From Epithemia pelagica (lineage: Eukaryota > Protista > Bacillariophyta): DNA of 64,000 nucleotides. A program made the position numbers and the translations under genes. This document shows positions 18,566 to 31,124 of this stretch, piece by piece. The notes under the pieces are model-generated. The model did not search any database, was not told where the DNA came from, and worked only from the letters and a program-made list of their open reading frames with translations. The stretch lies in NCBI GenBank assembly GCA_946965045.2, contig OX337237.1:2480001-2544000 (forward strand). The letters run 5' to 3'. Within the stretch, counting starts at the first letter, position 1. Every line of letters starts with the position of its first letter.

Positions 18566-19390
18566 TCACAATTGTTCTTCTTGTTCTGCTTCGTTTTCTT
18601 TTTTCGCCAAAGAGGGTGCATCGGGTTGCGCTTCGGGTTCCGTTCCCACAAACCATTCATGGTGTCGACAATGTGTTTCAATTTCCACCAAGGTGGGACA
18701 GAGACGATCCACCTCCACACCAAAGCGTCGAGCATTGGCCAGTTGAGGGACGAGGTAAATGTCAGCCAATGTCGGACCAAAGGTTCCCACACAATAGGGT
18801 CCCAGTCCCGATTGTGCTTGTGCTGGTTGTTGTGCTTGTGCTTGTACTTGTTGTCGGTGTTGTACCACGAGCCGTTCCAAGGCGGTCAAGCCTCGTTCAT
18901 TGACCCGTTTGGCTTCATCCATCCTGGACACTCGTCCTTCTGACAAGGTTTCCAATCGTTTCAAAAAGTACATGTTTTGCAAGGGTTGCGTACCAGAATT
19001 AATCACTTCCACCATTTGTCGCATTGCTGTTCGTGTCTGGACCTGAGTGGGGGGTGGCATCCAGGAAGGACCGTGGTTGTGATTGTTAGTAGTAGTGCTC
19101 GAAAAGGCCAAGTCCAAAAATTCGAGAATGGCACTGGATTGCGACCATTGCAGTGTTTCCCGTGTGACGGTATCGGTACATTGCAACAGGGGGACTTGAC
19201 CCAAGGGATTTTTGAGTAGATAGTCGGCCGATTGGTGTTGCTTGGTTTCCAAATCAATGCAAATGGTTTCATACGCAATGCGCTTGGCTTGTAGGGCAAT
19301 GCGGACTCGCCAGGTGGAGGAGGATCGCCAATACCCATAGAGTTTGAAATTGGTATACCGATCCTTGTTGGTGCACGATGGTGATGGTGG

Positions 19391-19421
<31 letters not shown>

Positions 19422-21043
19422 GACTGTGGTGTTTCGGAAGGAACATTTGTTTGGTTGCTCGTGTCCTCCAAGGTTGTTGGGTCCATTCTTGTTAAGGGCG
19501 GAAGAATGGTGGCTGTACAATCTCCAAATCCCACCAGTCCGTAGCAGCGAGTGTTTTTGTCTTGGTCATTGTCGTTCGAAGTAGCATCATGTGCCAGACC
19601 TTGCAAAGTAATGGTATCTCCATTTTGCAAAAAGTCGCTTCGTTGGATTGGTTGGTCCTTGTCGGTGTCGTCGTTGTCGTTTGTTTCATATCCAATCGTG
19701 ACGGCTTGTGTTCCATTCCAACTCAATTCCAACCAACTCCCATAGGAATCGGGTGTCATTCCCGACAAGGTTCCGGTTCCGAGTAAATCCCCGGCTTGCA
19801 TCATACATCCCGTGACGGAATGATGGACGAGCAATTGGGCAAAGGTCCAATGGACATGTCGTAAATTGGAGTGACAAATCACATGGGGTGGTGGTTGGCG
19901 GGCAGTGCTTGTAGTAGCAGTAGCAGTCGTAGTCGTCGTTGTCGTAGTTGGTTGAATCGAGACGGTCAAGTCGACATTGTAATACTGAGGATGTGGATCG
20001 TGAAGATAGGGCAGAATGGGTGGATCCGTGGCTTGTTGCGAGGCTTTGGCCGACGTGGCAAAGGGTTGCAAGGCATCCAGGGTGACAATCCAGGGACTAA
20101 TCGTGGTGCCAAAATGTTTGCTGGTAAAGGGACCGAGTGGCACATATTCATATTTTTGCAAGTCTCGTGCCGACCAATCATTTAACAAGACCACTCCAAA
20201 CAAGCGTTGTGTGGCTTGTTCCATGGTCATGGCATGGCCCTGGGGATTGGACGGTCCACCAACAATCAAGCCCACTTCCAATTCAAAATCTAATTTTTCC
20301 GTCGGTCCATACCGACTGGCACCGGGGTCGTTTTGGCGGTTGGAGTCGTCGGTTGCTGTGGCCTGGCCAATTTGTCCACAGGGTCGATGCAAGCCATGAT
20401 TGGATACCTGAACCGTACTGGCTCGACCATGATATCCAACGGGCAAATGCAACCAATTGGGTTGCAAGGCCCGATCCTTGCCCCGAAACATGGTACCAAC
20501 ATTGGTGGCATGGGACCGACTGGCATAAAAATCGGTAAATTCCGCAATGTGCACCGGCAAGTGCAATTGCACGTGGTGCCGAGACCACAAGGCGGCCCGA
20601 CGCAAGGCGGCATTGGTGCGCAACCGAGCATCAGCCGGAATTCGCACCACTGTAGTATCCGGGTGGTGGTTGTCGTCCTCCTCCTCTTGTACCAACAAGG
20701 CTTGCAATCGGTGTCGTACCAGAGTCCAAACCGGTTTGGGATGACTGACAAAGCGATTGAGTGTTGTTTGACCCACAAAGGTATTGGGTGGCAATGTTGT
20801 TGTTGTCGTCGTACTGCTGCTGCTTGTGGGATCCGGCAGTGGTTGTGTAAACAAGCCGGCCTCTTCCAAGAGCGCCAAATCAATCACGGTATCACCCACA
20901 ATGGTGCCACAACGACGGCAATAATCATCATCATCATTCTCGGCAGAAGCAGCCGTAGAACGGGGAGAAAAGACACCAAAGGGAAGATTCTGCAAGGAAA
21001 ATTCACTCGTGGGATCCAGGGGAATCCATGACGGAACAAACAT
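18566..21043 (-). CDS. FAH: Fumarylacetoacetase fused to maleylacetoacetate isomerase (GST zeta)
   Basis: FAH motifs LQNLPFGVFS, DFYAS..HATNVG, NWLHLPVGYHGRAS, LDFELEVG, NDWSARD and GDLLGTGT. After a polyQ linker come GSTZ motifs LYGYWRSSSTWRVRIAL, NPLGQVP, SGTQPLQN and TLADIYLVPQL. Single ORF; the ATG at 21043 is the likely start. Confidence 0.92.
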
Positions 21044-22734
21044 GATGATGATGATTCTCGTCAATGAATGGTTGGATGGAAAACGAGGTGGGAAAACGTA
21101 GAGGGAGAAAGCAGCAAGCCCCTTGAACGCAGCGACGAGTGGGTGGTCAATGTTCGGTTGACCAGAAGCGAGAAACAATGAGAATGGCTGTGGAGAAGAT
21201 AGTCTCGCAATTCCAGAAAGGCTTGTTCTTTTGCTTGCGAATGAGACTGACACTGTTCAATCTTTTGCTGCTTCTGTTGTTGTTGTTCGTTGTCAAACAC
21301 GAGACACGAGATGATGAGAACACTTTTGTGGGTGTCGTCGTCGACACAAAAGATCAATCGACAACGTCGCAAAGATCGCTTCTTTGGGAAGCGAAGCCAG
21401 GAGCCGACATTGTGGGGGATGCCGCAGACGAAAGCCCCACTGGTCACGCTTCCCCGCCGGCGCGGAGAAGGAGGAGGGCATCCTCCACGCCAGGCGATCC
21501 TCCCCAGGAATTTGTTGGGAAACGCTGTACTTTCTGCGATTGCAAATGCTCGGTTCAGTTGATATCATTACCAATGCCTTTCAAACTGGACCGGAGGCCT
21601 TCTAGGCTTCCATCAAGAACTCTTTCTGGATGACTACTTCTCGTCCATAGTCCAATCAATCCTCGACGCAGCAGTTCGATATTCTGCCGCGGTGAGTGGA
21701 CGTGTTGCTGTGGCGTTGGTACCTCCAGGTATGGGGAAAACATCCGCCAACACAAGTTTCGTGGAATCGACATTTGCGTCGAGACGGACAGCCATTTATC
21801 GTTCACATCTGAAATCCATATGAACGTCCTACTGGTTGGATGAATGGCCTTGTGGAAAGCTTCAGAATGTCCCGTTGTGGAGGACCAACGACAAAACTGC
21901 TCTTACTATTGGACATCCAGGAGGAGCAAGAATCCTGCCCCAAAACCAAAACGAAATCAATGTGCGTCAATCCCTTTGTCAAAGACGACAAAGACAACAA
22001 GTATGATCTTCCCATTGTTGAGGCTTGGAGGGAACTACCTAGATTAGTTCGATAGGACATGTGTGGGACGTCACCACAACGACAATCACCCAAAGTCTCA
22101 CTGGCTTCCATCAAATATCCACCGTGCAAGCCACAGAACAAAGAGGGTTAAACGCTTCTTGTATACAGCTGTACAGCTCATGCTATCCTACTGGAAACTG
22201 GAATTCAAAAAGGCAACACCCAAACGACGCCTTGTTGTGTGTGGTTCGGAAGATGTCCTGGTAATGATGAATGATATGATGCGGCTGGATACGACTGGAA
22301 CTGCTTGAAGCATTCCCGTTTGATTGTGTCGTATTGTTGGAAGACTCCTTGTTGGATGCAATGCATGCAAAGACATCACATCAGGATACGTAGCATGGTG
22401 GAGTGCACCCCCGTTCGGCACACTGCCCGACTTTATGGAGATGGACCGCGTCATGTCTACCTCTCCAGTAGACAGAACGAGTGATTGAATCATGCGACCA
22501 ACATGACACAACGATGGCGATGGTCCCAGTATGCTCTAGGGCCATGCAAAGGGATATGTCGGCCGAAACCAATTGTTGCAACATACTATAGATACCATGG
22601 CAATCACGAGCAAGTTGTCATTGGCAACAAAATCTGTAGAGATCGAGGGCGTTTCGAGTCGCCCTTATCGTCCCGAGGCGCGTCTCGAGGGCGTTTGACA
22701 CCACGCGCGCACCTGTCTCGCGCAATCATGTCGA

Positions 22735-23442
22735 TTGTGTGTGACCATGGTGCAGTCGGCGGCGGCGGCCGTGGCCTTGGTTTGGATACCACTCTTGTGG
22801 CCGCATTCCATACCATTGCTCTTGCATCCTCCAACATCCTCCTTGATCATCTCGATGCTGTCCTATTACAGTTTCGTCTTGCCACGAATCATAAGAATGG
22901 AACAACCCCCAGCATCACTACCACTGCTGCAGGGGATGGAACAACTCCCCTCAATCACTGTCACAACAATAACAACAACAACACCCAGAATGATCGCCAC
23001 GGATGATCCTTCTCCACCAATCATGTCGGAAGGGGATCAAAAGAGCCATGCGCCAAACGAGTCTCAACGACTGTTCCATTACCCTCTGGATATGCCTGAT
23101 AGAAGGAGAATGCAACTCTGGTTTATGGTCTTGTCGTTGACAATATCCCTGCTCCATGGTTTTCGGAAACAGGAAGAGCAACACTCCTGTTCGAAAAACA
23201 GCAAGAAGAAGAATCAACCGTGCGTCAATCCCTTTGTTAAAGACCATGACGAAGAAGACCAGGATGATGTTCCGACCGTGGAGGATTGGATGGAACTCAT
23301 GTTTAGTTCGGTAGGACACGTGTGGGCCGTCACCACAACGACAACAACGAGTAGCATTCCTTTGTCTGACTGTATTCCACCAATATCATCCATGATGCTA
23401 CAAGACGCAGAGAAGAGGGTCGAACGCTTCATCCCTTTATAG
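22735..23442 (+). CDS. Hypothetical hydrophobic protein (may be non-functional)
   Basis: 235-codon ORF with hydrophobic segments. Its 3' half is duplicated in degraded form at about 21900-22300. Confidence 0.25.
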   Translation: MCVTMVQSAAAAVALVWIPLLWPHSIPLLLHPPTSSLIISMLSYYSFVLPRIIRMEQPPASLPLLQGMEQLPSITVTTITTTTPRMIATDDPSPPIMSEGDQKSHAPNESQRLFHYPLDMPDRRRMQLWFMVLSLTISLLHGFRKQEEQHSCSKNSKKKNQPCVNPFVKDHDEEDQDDVPTVEDWMELMFSSVGHVWAVTTTTTTSSIPLSDCIPPISSMMLQDAEKRVERFIPL

Positions 23443-24088
23443 CTTATAGCTGTACAGCTCTGCCTCTAGATGTTATCCTGTTCCTACTAGAACCCCCAGA
23501 AAGCCTACTCCCAAATGACAAAGGACTCCTTGTTGTGTGTGTGTTTCGGAATATCATTTCATGGTCATGACGACTCCTTGTTTTGAGTGGTTCGAAATAT
23601 CATTTCATGGTCATGATGATTGATGCGGCAGGTTGCGACCGTGATTGCCCGACGCATTCCTGTACGATGATGGTTACAGCCAAACTATACCAATAATGAG
23701 TTGACTTGGCGCGGACGGTCTGTGAAATCCTCCTCACCACCAATGTATCATGGTTGATTGCGAATGCCTCGATCTGCGTGTCGTAAGGTGTTGCCACCTA
23801 GTGCAACGAGAGCATGGTATAGATCCAGTATGTGACAGAAGGAAGGGTAACTGAAACGAGTTTCTCTTTCTTTTGGCTGGAACGGGGCAAGCATTTCGTT
23901 GGTCCTTCGATTCGTATGATAATTCATCATAGAATGTCAAAAGTCATCCTGAGGCAATGGATTCCACATCCAGAAAAATGAAAAAGAGGAAGAAGAGTGG
24001 TAAGACGGTATGTCTCATACACGTACAAGAAAAAGAAACAGAGAAAACGCACAAAACAATCCAAAACATTGATGTGTATGTGAGTGGT

Positions 24089-27000
24089 TCATGTTTGTGG
24101 ACCTACCGGCATGATTCCCACCCGCACCGGTCTCCGGATTCCCGAAAATGGGGATTGTTGTTCTGGTGGTTGTTGTTGTTGGGTTACGAGACGAGCTTCT
24201 GTCAAGACATCCAGAGCGACATTGACACACAAATCCGCTTGGGTATGAGAGGGAATGCCTTGCGTACTTTCACAGGGTACCGTAGGAGGAATCCCTCCTC
24301 CGACCCATTCCCCGGCTTGCCATTGAGCATCGCCCACATGGGTCATGTGATGCAAGGCAGGGGTCAAATATTCAGCCACGGTTAAACGCAATCCTCCACC
24401 ATCCGGCAAGGGGAAGGTATGTTGAATCAATCTAGGTAGTGGTGGGTGGAAGTGTGAAGCACAAGAAGAATCCAAAGCAGGCAAGCAAACAGACGGAAAA
24501 TACAAACAAAGACACGAGAAATGAGCACATTTCGATCACTCAAACGCAGTGCAAGATCAAACTCCAATGATTCCATTCAAACGAACGTACCCTTTTCCAT
24601 ACGTACGGGTCCCGACAATGGCCACGGTGCGGCCATTGTCATGCAAGGCCGAGGCAAAGACTTCGGCCGCGGAGGCTGTCCCTTCATTGACCAACAAGAC
24701 AATGGGTTTTTGTACCGCGCGTTGATGTGCCTCTTGACGACGATTGGGAGGAACCCACCGATCCATGGTAGTAATCGAGGATGACCACAAGGACCATGTT
24801 GTTGTCGTTGTCGATGTTGAGGGTGTCGTATGAAACCCCCGTTGGACATGTTGTTCATGCAGACTTGCAAACGAACTGGGTGGAGTCCAACCACTTCCAC
24901 CACCCTTGGTCGACGACGGAAAGAATTGCGGCGATTCCTTGCGGAGTTGCCAGTATGTGGCATCGGGTGATTCCCGCGACAAGAGATAGCCAGGATACCG
25001 ATGATCCACAACATATTCTTCCACGGCATGCGGAGTAAAGCCACCACGGGAATTGAGGGTATAACACAAGACAGTATGGGGATCCCGCAAGAGGGAGGAG
25101 GCGGTCAAGAGTGCTTCTTGAATGACTCCGCCGTAATTGTTGCGCAAATCCAATATATACGCCGAAGCAGCATCTGAATGAGGACCACCACCACCACGAC
25201 GGCCTGTCCCTCCCTCCAAATCATGAACGGCTTGGACAAAGCCAGCAGTCGAGGCTTTGGAAAACCGCGTCAGGCGAATATATCCAACCTTGTAGTCGTC
25301 CATGGCAGTCTTGTGCTTGTTGTACTGGTGGATTGTATCTCGAGTGTTTGGTTCTGCAGGCGATTCCAACATGGTTCCAAAGGGCGATTCCGACGCCACT
25401 GTGAGCATTTGATAGGGTACCAGATTGTTGGTTGGTGCCTGCTGCTGGGTCAATCCTCCTGGAGTGGTTGTGCTGCTCGTGGTTGGCAAGGTTAACCGAA
25501 TGCGTTGAGGACGATAGGCGACAATGACGGATCGAAGAGCCGGTGATGATGATGCTGCAATTTTTGATTCGGAAGACGACACGTGTGTGGCCGTGACTGG
25601 CATTGTTGTGGTCGCATAGACGGGTTTGGCAAGGGTGAATTCCACCTGTTGTGGTTGTTCTTGTTCTGGTGGTGGCTGTTCGTGCGACGACACTTGTTGC
25701 GGCTGGTTCCATTTCGTTTCGACTTGGGTGCGGGACAATCCCAAGAACGAATCGTGTTCCAGTGCCACAATCCGGTCACCGACGGTAACTCCGGTACGTT
25801 CGGCCAAGGATTGAGGAACGACGGCTGTCACAATGGGCAAAGACGACACTTGCCGTGCCGATAACAAGGAGGAGGCGGCTTTGGGAGGATTGGTGGAGGA
25901 CGATGATGATGCCAAGAGGGATGGTGGAAGATCTACCAAGACGGGTGTTCGAAGGGCCCCCCAAAACAAATTGGTTTCTTGGTCTTGTTCGCGTGGCACT
26001 TGAACAATGGCCCCCAAGGATTGCAATCGATTGCCATTGTTGTTTTGGTTGTTATTGTTGTTATGATTGACGGATAATTCTTGCAACAATTCTTCACGTG
26101 TCAGGTAGGTGGAAAAGGGATCTTGCAATTGACGCGTCAACCAGACCAAGCCCTGGACGACTCCTTGTCGTGTGGCCAATTGATCTCGACCCGACGTTCT
26201 GGCAGTTTTGTCGTCGTCGTCGCTGGCGCCTTGAACGAGCCACTGTTTCCAAGACATCCAAAAGTCGCGTGGTTCAAAGACGGCTCCTCCCGTATGATCG
26301 TAATACATGGTGGTAATGGTCCCCACGGCATAATCCATCAAGGCTTGATTGGCCACAATTTTGGCTTCCCGGATATTGACATTTGTGTCGTCAGTGTCCA
26401 GGGGTGCATTCATAATGCTCCAATAGCGTTGTCCAGCCGGGATGCTACCAGAACTTGTTGTCGTTGTTGTCGTAGCTGTGGTGACGGGTGGTTCCACGGA
26501 CTTTGCCGCTCCGTGATGTACCACCACCGCTCCGGGCCACCATGACACGAGGAGGATCAAAAGAGTGGTACAAAACACAGTTTGTGCGGTTCGGTGCCAG
26601 GATTGGAGAAAGGAACTTTTGTGTTGTTGTTGTTGATTCGATGGATGGATGCAGTTGCTTCTCTGCCTCTTGTTGTTGTCGTCGTGTTCCACATGATGCT
26701 TGCTTTGCGAACGCAACCACAAGAACGAACAGGAAGAAGAAGGAAGATGACGCATGCTTGTCGTCCGAGAATGGCTGGAAGTCGGAGCAAAGAACAACGA
26801 CGACAAAGCCCTGTTGTTTGGACCCCGATCCAAACGACAAGCACCACCAAGACACAAATTCGTCGGAGGAGGAGGAGCAAAGCTTGTCACCATGGACAAG
26901 GGACTTGAGGAAAAGAGGAGTTGCAGAAACCACCACTCAAATGACCACAACCTCACCCAATTAAAACAACTATTCTGTCGTCGTCGTCGTCGTTGTGGAA

Positions 27001-27163
27001 ACAATGGACCATTCACAATTCCTGGCTGGAAAATGCTGTCGCCACCACCACCAAAACCATGGACTGCAGCAGCAGTCGAGTCATGGTGGACACCATGTGG
27101 TTTGGTTCCAGTCCGTTTTGTGGGAGGACCACGGCGACTACCACAAGTAGTGGTGAGCGCCAT
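24089..27163 (-). CDS. ctpA: C-terminal processing peptidase (S41A, CtpA-like), probably plastid-targeted; 2 exons
   Basis: PDZ-like segment, VGYIRLTRF, YILDLRNNYGG, LVNEGTASAAEVFA (catalytic Ser) and GTRTYGKG (Lys). A GT-AG intron at about 24590-24432 joins GKG to LIQHTFPLPDGGGLRLTVAEYLTP. Confidence 0.88.
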
Positions 27164-27779
27164 GACGGAATGGAAATGGATCTTTTGGTTCTCTCCTCCT
27201 GGTCTCTACTGTATAGACTCTCCTTTTGCTTGCTTTTATTTGCCCACAGCCACTATACCCACAGATTCGAATTGGTTCTCTCTTTCTCCTCCAGACTATA
27301 CTCTTCTTGTCTCCTCGCTATTCCGGTTGACAGTATTCCATCATTGTCTGGCGACAACCAAAATGTCGTCCAAGAGGACAGAACTTTTGTTGGTGTTCTA
27401 CAAAAACACTACCTAGCGGTAGTTTACATGTGATCGCATTTGTGTCAAACGATAGACAATTATATATCTAATGAAACTTTAAAATGACGACTCATTAGCG
27501 ACTGTATGAGACGCTCAGGATTTCAGACGCCCCAAAGAATTCGGAAGGGTCTGTTGGGTGACGTGGACCAAGAATTCCAAATCTCGGTACTTTCAATGAT
27601 ATAGTAGATCTAGTATTAATCCGAAAGTACCACACGGAACCTCCTCCCGTCCATGTGACGTCACTTTGGCTCTCATTTTTGGCCCAAAATTGGAACCATC
27701 CAAGGACACAACCGGAGTTGCCAGTGTTGTTGGTGTTGTTGTCGTATTCTTTAGCTTCTCATAAGAACTCGAAACGGAT

Positions 27780-28865
27780 ATGAGGAAACCGTGTCAACTG
27801 TCACGGTCGGTGTGGTGGGTTGGAGTACGCTGGTGTTTCTGGTGGTCCTTCTGGACGACGACACCCACCACCACCATTACCCAACCACCCGTCCTTCCGG
27901 TGGTTGTGGCTGCGTGGGGTTGGGTCCCTCCGCTTCCGACAAGAATCCATTCCGTTTCGTCATCGTCTCATGGATGGAATCCAAATGCCAATTCCTGCGT
28001 TCCCAGCACCACGAGTGGGTGTCCCACACCGAGGTACCACCGGCGTCCGGACCAAGGTCGACCACAACAACAACAACAGGAACGACATGGCGCCTGGCAC
28101 CAAACATCCTCGTCCTTGTGGTCCTCCACCTCACGACAATCCGTAGAACCAACCGCATTGCCACAATCCAAGTCCAACACAACGACTCCTACCAACACAA
28201 CCAATGGCACGTCGACACGGGAGGGCCACTCGGGGCCGAACCCAAACATTCATCGACCCAGCACTCTGGACCGTGGCAACACCACGAACACGACGGTTCT
28301 GTCGACCAGTACCCACGTGCCCATGCCCTTCATTTCCATGAGTCGATGGGTGGCCGATGGGTTGGCCCTCGTGATTGCAACCGAATTGCAAGGATTGATT
28401 CAAGTCGTGACCGATCCCACCTTTGTCGCACAGGGAGGATGGATGCAACCCATCCTTTCTTCCAGTACTAGCAGCAGTACCTTGCCGCTGTGGGTGCAAC
28501 GATGTTCCTTGGATTGCCTCGTGTGGGCACTCTCGTTGCAAGGGACCGTGTACGGGATGAGCTTCTTGGCGACTTCTTCGAGGATGCAATCCAGAACTGA
28601 GGACAACCGGCTGGACTCGTTGGTTGACACTAAAACCACCCATGGATCCGACTCGTTCCAATGTACCATCACGACTGTGATTGTCTTTGGCATTGTGCGT
28701 CTCGGGGTGGCAGTTTTGCTGGCTGGAACCGATGCCTCGTTGCTGGCCAATGACTCGTCTCACCCATCCGTACTCCTCCAAGGATTGGTGGACACCTATT
28801 ATGTGGCATTGGCGGTCCTGACACGGCACATTTTGTCGAATCGATACAATACTGGAGGAGGATGA
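27780..28865 (+). CDS. Hypothetical membrane protein with N-terminal signal/transit-like region
   Basis: 361-aa ORF with a hydrophobic N-terminus, a Ser/Thr-rich linker and about 4 hydrophobic helices at the C-terminus. No family recognised. Confidence 0.55.
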   Translation: MRKPCQLSRSVWWVGVRWCFWWSFWTTTPTTTITQPPVLPVVVAAWGWVPPLPTRIHSVSSSSHGWNPNANSCVPSTTSGCPTPRYHRRPDQGRPQQQQQERHGAWHQTSSSLWSSTSRQSVEPTALPQSKSNTTTPTNTTNGTSTREGHSGPNPNIHRPSTLDRGNTTNTTVLSTSTHVPMPFISMSRWVADGLALVIATELQGLIQVVTDPTFVAQGGWMQPILSSSTSSSTLPLWVQRCSLDCLVWALSLQGTVYGMSFLATSSRMQSRTEDNRLDSLVDTKTTHGSDSFQCTITTVIVFGIVRLGVAVLLAGTDASLLANDSSHPSVLLQGLVDTYYVALAVLTRHILSNRYNTGGG

Positions 28866-29831
28866 TCACACGACACCCCAAGACCACCACCAACAAAACA
28901 GCCAATGATTCACGCGATCCAACCAAACCAATCCACCAAATGGGGCGATCCCCTCCAGTAGCCATTCGAGCTCTACGGTTGGTTTCGGCCAAGCGAGGAT
29001 CACGATCCACCTCTCCTAGTAGAAACAAGAGGCTTGACAAGGAAAGCCTAGCACAGAAGTGGGTGATTTTATTATTTTTGATTATCACAAGAATAGCGAA
29101 ATGTATCGAGGCGACAAGGCCATCAAGTTCAAAATTTGTAGGACAGCACAGGAGGGCTCGACGAACCGATGAGAGCAGAAACCGTCTTGTAGGTGTCGTG
29201 ATCACCAACAGCGGAGCATGGATTTGCTAATACCTTCCTAAACACGATCCCATGAGTCTCGTTCGTTCTTGCTCCATGTCCCATGGCAAAAAAGTGCGCT
29301 GGTGAGATTCCCATAGCCCAATGTCGTTTCCCACGCTTCGGAAGAATGCCTTCCATGAATTCGAAGTCAGGGCCAAGCATTTTGAATGACGGAGTCCATT
29401 GGAGGGATAAAGAGCTTGGAATGTAGCTCAATTTCCTTGGAACACTCTGAATCGTCGTTTTGGTGAAATCCAAATCCTTATTTCGCACTGGGTTGGATCT
29501 CAAATAGCCTTCTCTTCATGGCCACAAAACCAAAGTCCTGTTAGTTGGGATTCTCGAAACGAGCCTCGTCCCAAAGCTCCGCCACTTTTGAAACCACTTT
29601 GGAAACGGCACTGTATCGAACGCTTTGCATGTATGTTTCTCTTCTTGTCCAGTAAAAACGTGCTCTTTGGATTCTGTCGGCTCTGCTTATTTTATGTTTG
29701 GTGCGCGCACTCGAATGGAATCCTGAATGCCATGTGCTGTGTTGTGGAACACGATTGGAGTGTGCTCATCAGTCAAACCAACACCAGCCCATGGCAACTA
29801 CTGAGTTGCCCTCCATTGGGATGGACAGCGA

Positions 29832-29951
29832 CGATACTTCGTCTTCACCAGCATTTCGCTGAGTTTCCACCTGCAGCGATGCAGGCCGAGATGATGGCGT
29901 GCATTGCAGCAGGTGGAAACGCAGCGAAATGCTGGTGAAGACGAAACATCG
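29832..29951. repeat. 52-bp inverted repeat (hairpin) with a further arm copy at about 30428-30490
   Basis: 29832-29883 pairs with 29900-29951 with about 5 mismatches around a 16-nt loop. Confidence 0.85.
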
Positions 29952-31124
29952 ACTAGTGTGCTCATCGGCCAAACCAATACGAAAACTCATGAGTCGGACT
30001 GCCATTGCAAAAGACCAAACGCAATCGTGGTGGCGACGACATGTCGAGCGATTTGAGCTCGTTGTTCTTATGGTCGAGATCATCTGGGTGCGATTTGATA
30101 GCATCGACGATGCACATGATCACTCAATCCGAATCGTGTTTGAACGATCCAAGTATTAAACATGAGAGACATGGCATAGTCGATGCTTCCATTCGTGAAC
30201 TTCAACATAAACTGCACAAAAAGACGGCTTGCTGCGAGAAAGGAAGAAGCAGCAAGTGTAAGTATCCACTCTCAAGCAGGGCTGGACCCCGTTGTCCAAA
30301 AGCAAACAAGTATCAACTTACCTACCTAGTGGAATCTCGAATGACATGTCTGTAGTGTGCGCATCGAACAAACCAACACCATACTTAGTTGTCCTCCATT
30401 GAGTTTGACTACCTACGATACCTCCGACGATGCTTGGTTTTCACCAGCATTGCGCTGGGTTTCCATCTGCAGCGATGCAGGTTGAGATGATGCTTGGTTT
30501 TCACGCTCCTCCAACAGTGCAATGGCAAGCCTAAGGATACCGTATTTGGAATGATGAGAGGGCACCAAAACAAGAGACGGAAGTGAATCAAATGAAGATG
30601 TTAAAACTAAAAGCGACCACAAAACGCTTTGAGTTCTAACTTCTGCATTTGATTGTCGAACGGTCTGTCCTCCACAGGTGACAGTGCAGTTTCCATCGTC
30701 AACATCATAATCCCGGAACCAAGATGATGACAGCTTGGAAGATGTTACAAGGGGATGCTCAGCGATCATTGTCTTCCTGGGTTTGGTTGCGGTGTATTTG
30801 GGCGAACAGGGAGGCGGACGGTGAGGAGACGATGTGGACGTGGAAGCAGGATCTACCTCCGACATCCAACATGCGCGCTGGCACGCGCGTCCGTCTTGCC
30901 ATCAGATCTGGCGCCGCCGAGACACACTCACAACAACGCACACTAATCGCACGACACGGAGCGACGGACGGACGTCGAACCATCCATTGCGCGCATGCGT
31001 TGCCCCTGGCACGTGTGCAGGAACAAAACCACACATCATCATCACTCATCGTCTTTTCGTGTCGAGAAGACGCGGAATGGTGCACTCGATTTGTGTACAA
31101 CAAGAAACAACAGAGATTGACAAA

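Noticed and set aside
19390-19422. Trinucleotide runs (also 51930-51965 and 59025-59050)
   Set aside because: They encode poly-Gln or poly-Thr linkers inside genes and are common throughout this window.
21620-21793. P-loop-like VPPGMGKT peptide
   Set aside because: It lies in a short frame that stops about 15 codons later, with no Walker B motif or clear exon structure. At most a remnant.
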